DNA from: an uncultured virus (IMG/VR IMGVR_UViG_3300009152_000005)
Lineage: Duplodnaviria; Heunggongvirae; Uroviricota; Caudoviricetes
Strand: one strand, 5' to 3'
Length of the DNA stretch: 64,000 nt
Virus record (IMG/VR): IMGVR_UViG_3300009152_000005
A model generated the notes under the pieces. The model was not told the DNA's origin. It worked only from the letters and a program-made list of their open reading frames with translations, and ran no database searches. A program made the position numbers and the translations under genes. Below, piece after piece: positions 63,077 through 64,000 of this stretch (the stretch's first letter is position 1; every line of letters begins with the position of its first letter).

Positions 63077-64000
63077 ATGAAAGGAACTTCAAAGATATTC
63101 GTCGCGGGACACCGCGGGTTGGTGGGTAGTGCGGTATGCCGTGAGCTGCATCGGCAAGGGTTCACCAACGTCATCGTCCGGAGCCGCAGCGAGCTTGATT
63201 TGTTGCATGGACCGGACGTGCAGAATTTTTTCGAGGCGACGCGGCCTGAGTATGTCGTCGTGGCCGCGGCCAAGGTCGGCGGCATCATGGCGAACAGTAC
63301 GTATCCAGCGATGTTTCTGTGGGAAAACCTGCAAATCCAGAACAACATCATCGAAGCCAGTTGGTTGACGGGAGCCAAGAAACTCCTTTTTTTGGGCAGC
63401 TCGTGCATCTACCCGAGGCTGGCTCCGCAGCCGCTCAAGGAAGAGTATCTTCTGACCGGTCCTTTGGAACCGACCAACGAATGGTACGCAGTCGCAAAGA
63501 TTGCCGGCATCAAGTTGTGTCAGGCACTTCGGCGGCAGTACGGCTGCGACTTCATCAGCGCGATGCCGACGAACCTCTACGGTCCCGGGGACAACTACGA
63601 ACCGCAAGGTTCGCATGTCCTGCCAGCGTTGATTCGCAAGTTCCATGACGCCACCATCAAGAAGGAAAAGCAGGTCGTCTGCTGGGGGACGGGGGCTCCG
63701 TTGAGGGAGTTCTTGCACAGCGATGATTTGGCGCGGGCCTTGGTGTGCTTGTTGGAGCACTATTCCGAGGAGCAGTTCATCAACGTCGGTTCCGGGACCG
63801 AGGTCAGCATCCGGGACCTCTCCAGCCTTGTGGCAGAGGTCGTCGGGTTCACCGGGGTCATCGAATGGGACACCACCAAGCCCGACGGCACCCCGCGCAA
63901 ATTGATGGACAGTTCACGCATGTTCGCGCTCGGTTGGAAACCCACCGTCGGACTCCGCGAAGGGATTGCCTCGGCATACAAAGATTTCCAAAGTATCAAC
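63077..64000 (+). CDS. fcl: GDP-L-fucose synthase (runs off the window)
   Basis: KIFVAGHRGLVGS, AAKVGGIMAN, LGSSCIYP, LEPTNEWYAVAKIAG, MPTNLYGPGDN, SHVLPALI, WGTGAPLREFLH, KPDGTPRK. Confidence 0.97.
   Translation, partial: MKGTSKIFVAGHRGLVGSAVCRELHRQGFTNVIVRSRSELDLLHGPDVQNFFEATRPEYVVVAAAKVGGIMANSTYPAMFLWENLQIQNNIIEASWLTGAKKLLFLGSSCIYPRLAPQPLKEEYLLTGPLEPTNEWYAVAKIAGIKLCQALRRQYGCDFISAMPTNLYGPGDNYEPQGSHVLPALIRKFHDATIKKEKQVVCWGTGAPLREFLHSDDLARALVCLLEHYSEEQFINVGSGTEVSIRDLSSLVAEVVGFTGVIEWDTTKPDGTPRKLMDSSRMFALGWKPTVGLREGIASAYKDFQSIN

Noticed and set aside
63089..63760. 223-aa minus-strand ORF
   Set aside because: Reverse complement of fcl.
1..64000. Stop-codon reassignment or integrated prophage
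   Set aside because: Conserved genes are full length in the standard code; no integrase, repressor cassette or att pair identified within the window.

Overview
This window holds most of a GC-rich dsDNA bacteriophage genome with podovirus-like organisation. No host housekeeping genes or integrase are visible, and family names below come from recognising motifs by eye, not from database searches. The + strand arms (about 57000-64000 and 1-17950) carry early and replication genes: small leaderless ORFs, a DUF3574/SAM-lyase-like protein, dNMP kinase, HD hydrolase, SF2 helicase, DUF2800 nuclease, SSB, family A DNA polymerase, primase-helicase, sigma factor, RuvC-like resolvase, metallophosphoesterase and an HNH-like nuclease. 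GDP-L-fucose synthase (fcl) runs off the right edge and is absent from the ORF track. The - strand arm (56600 to 17824) is the virion module: TerS, TerL, tRNAs, portal, scaffold, major capsid protein (MCP), fibres, adaptor/nozzle, internal ejection proteins and a probable unimolecular spanin. An AT-rich inverted repeat at about 56.6-56.7 kb marks the divergence point. The most notable observations are: (1) three glycosyltransferase-type genes, one fused to a GH130-like propeller, embedded in the head-assembly operon, plus fcl, suggesting a phage-encoded virion glycosylation pathway; (2) a roughly 2560-aa polyvalent ejection protein whose cargo domains are each delimited by a recurring (S/G)F(S/M)P motif; (3) a 6.56-kb fibre cassette bounded by direct repeats that duplicate the MCP 3' end and its terminator; (4) atypical tRNAs, several structured RNA candidates and a leaderless promoter architecture.
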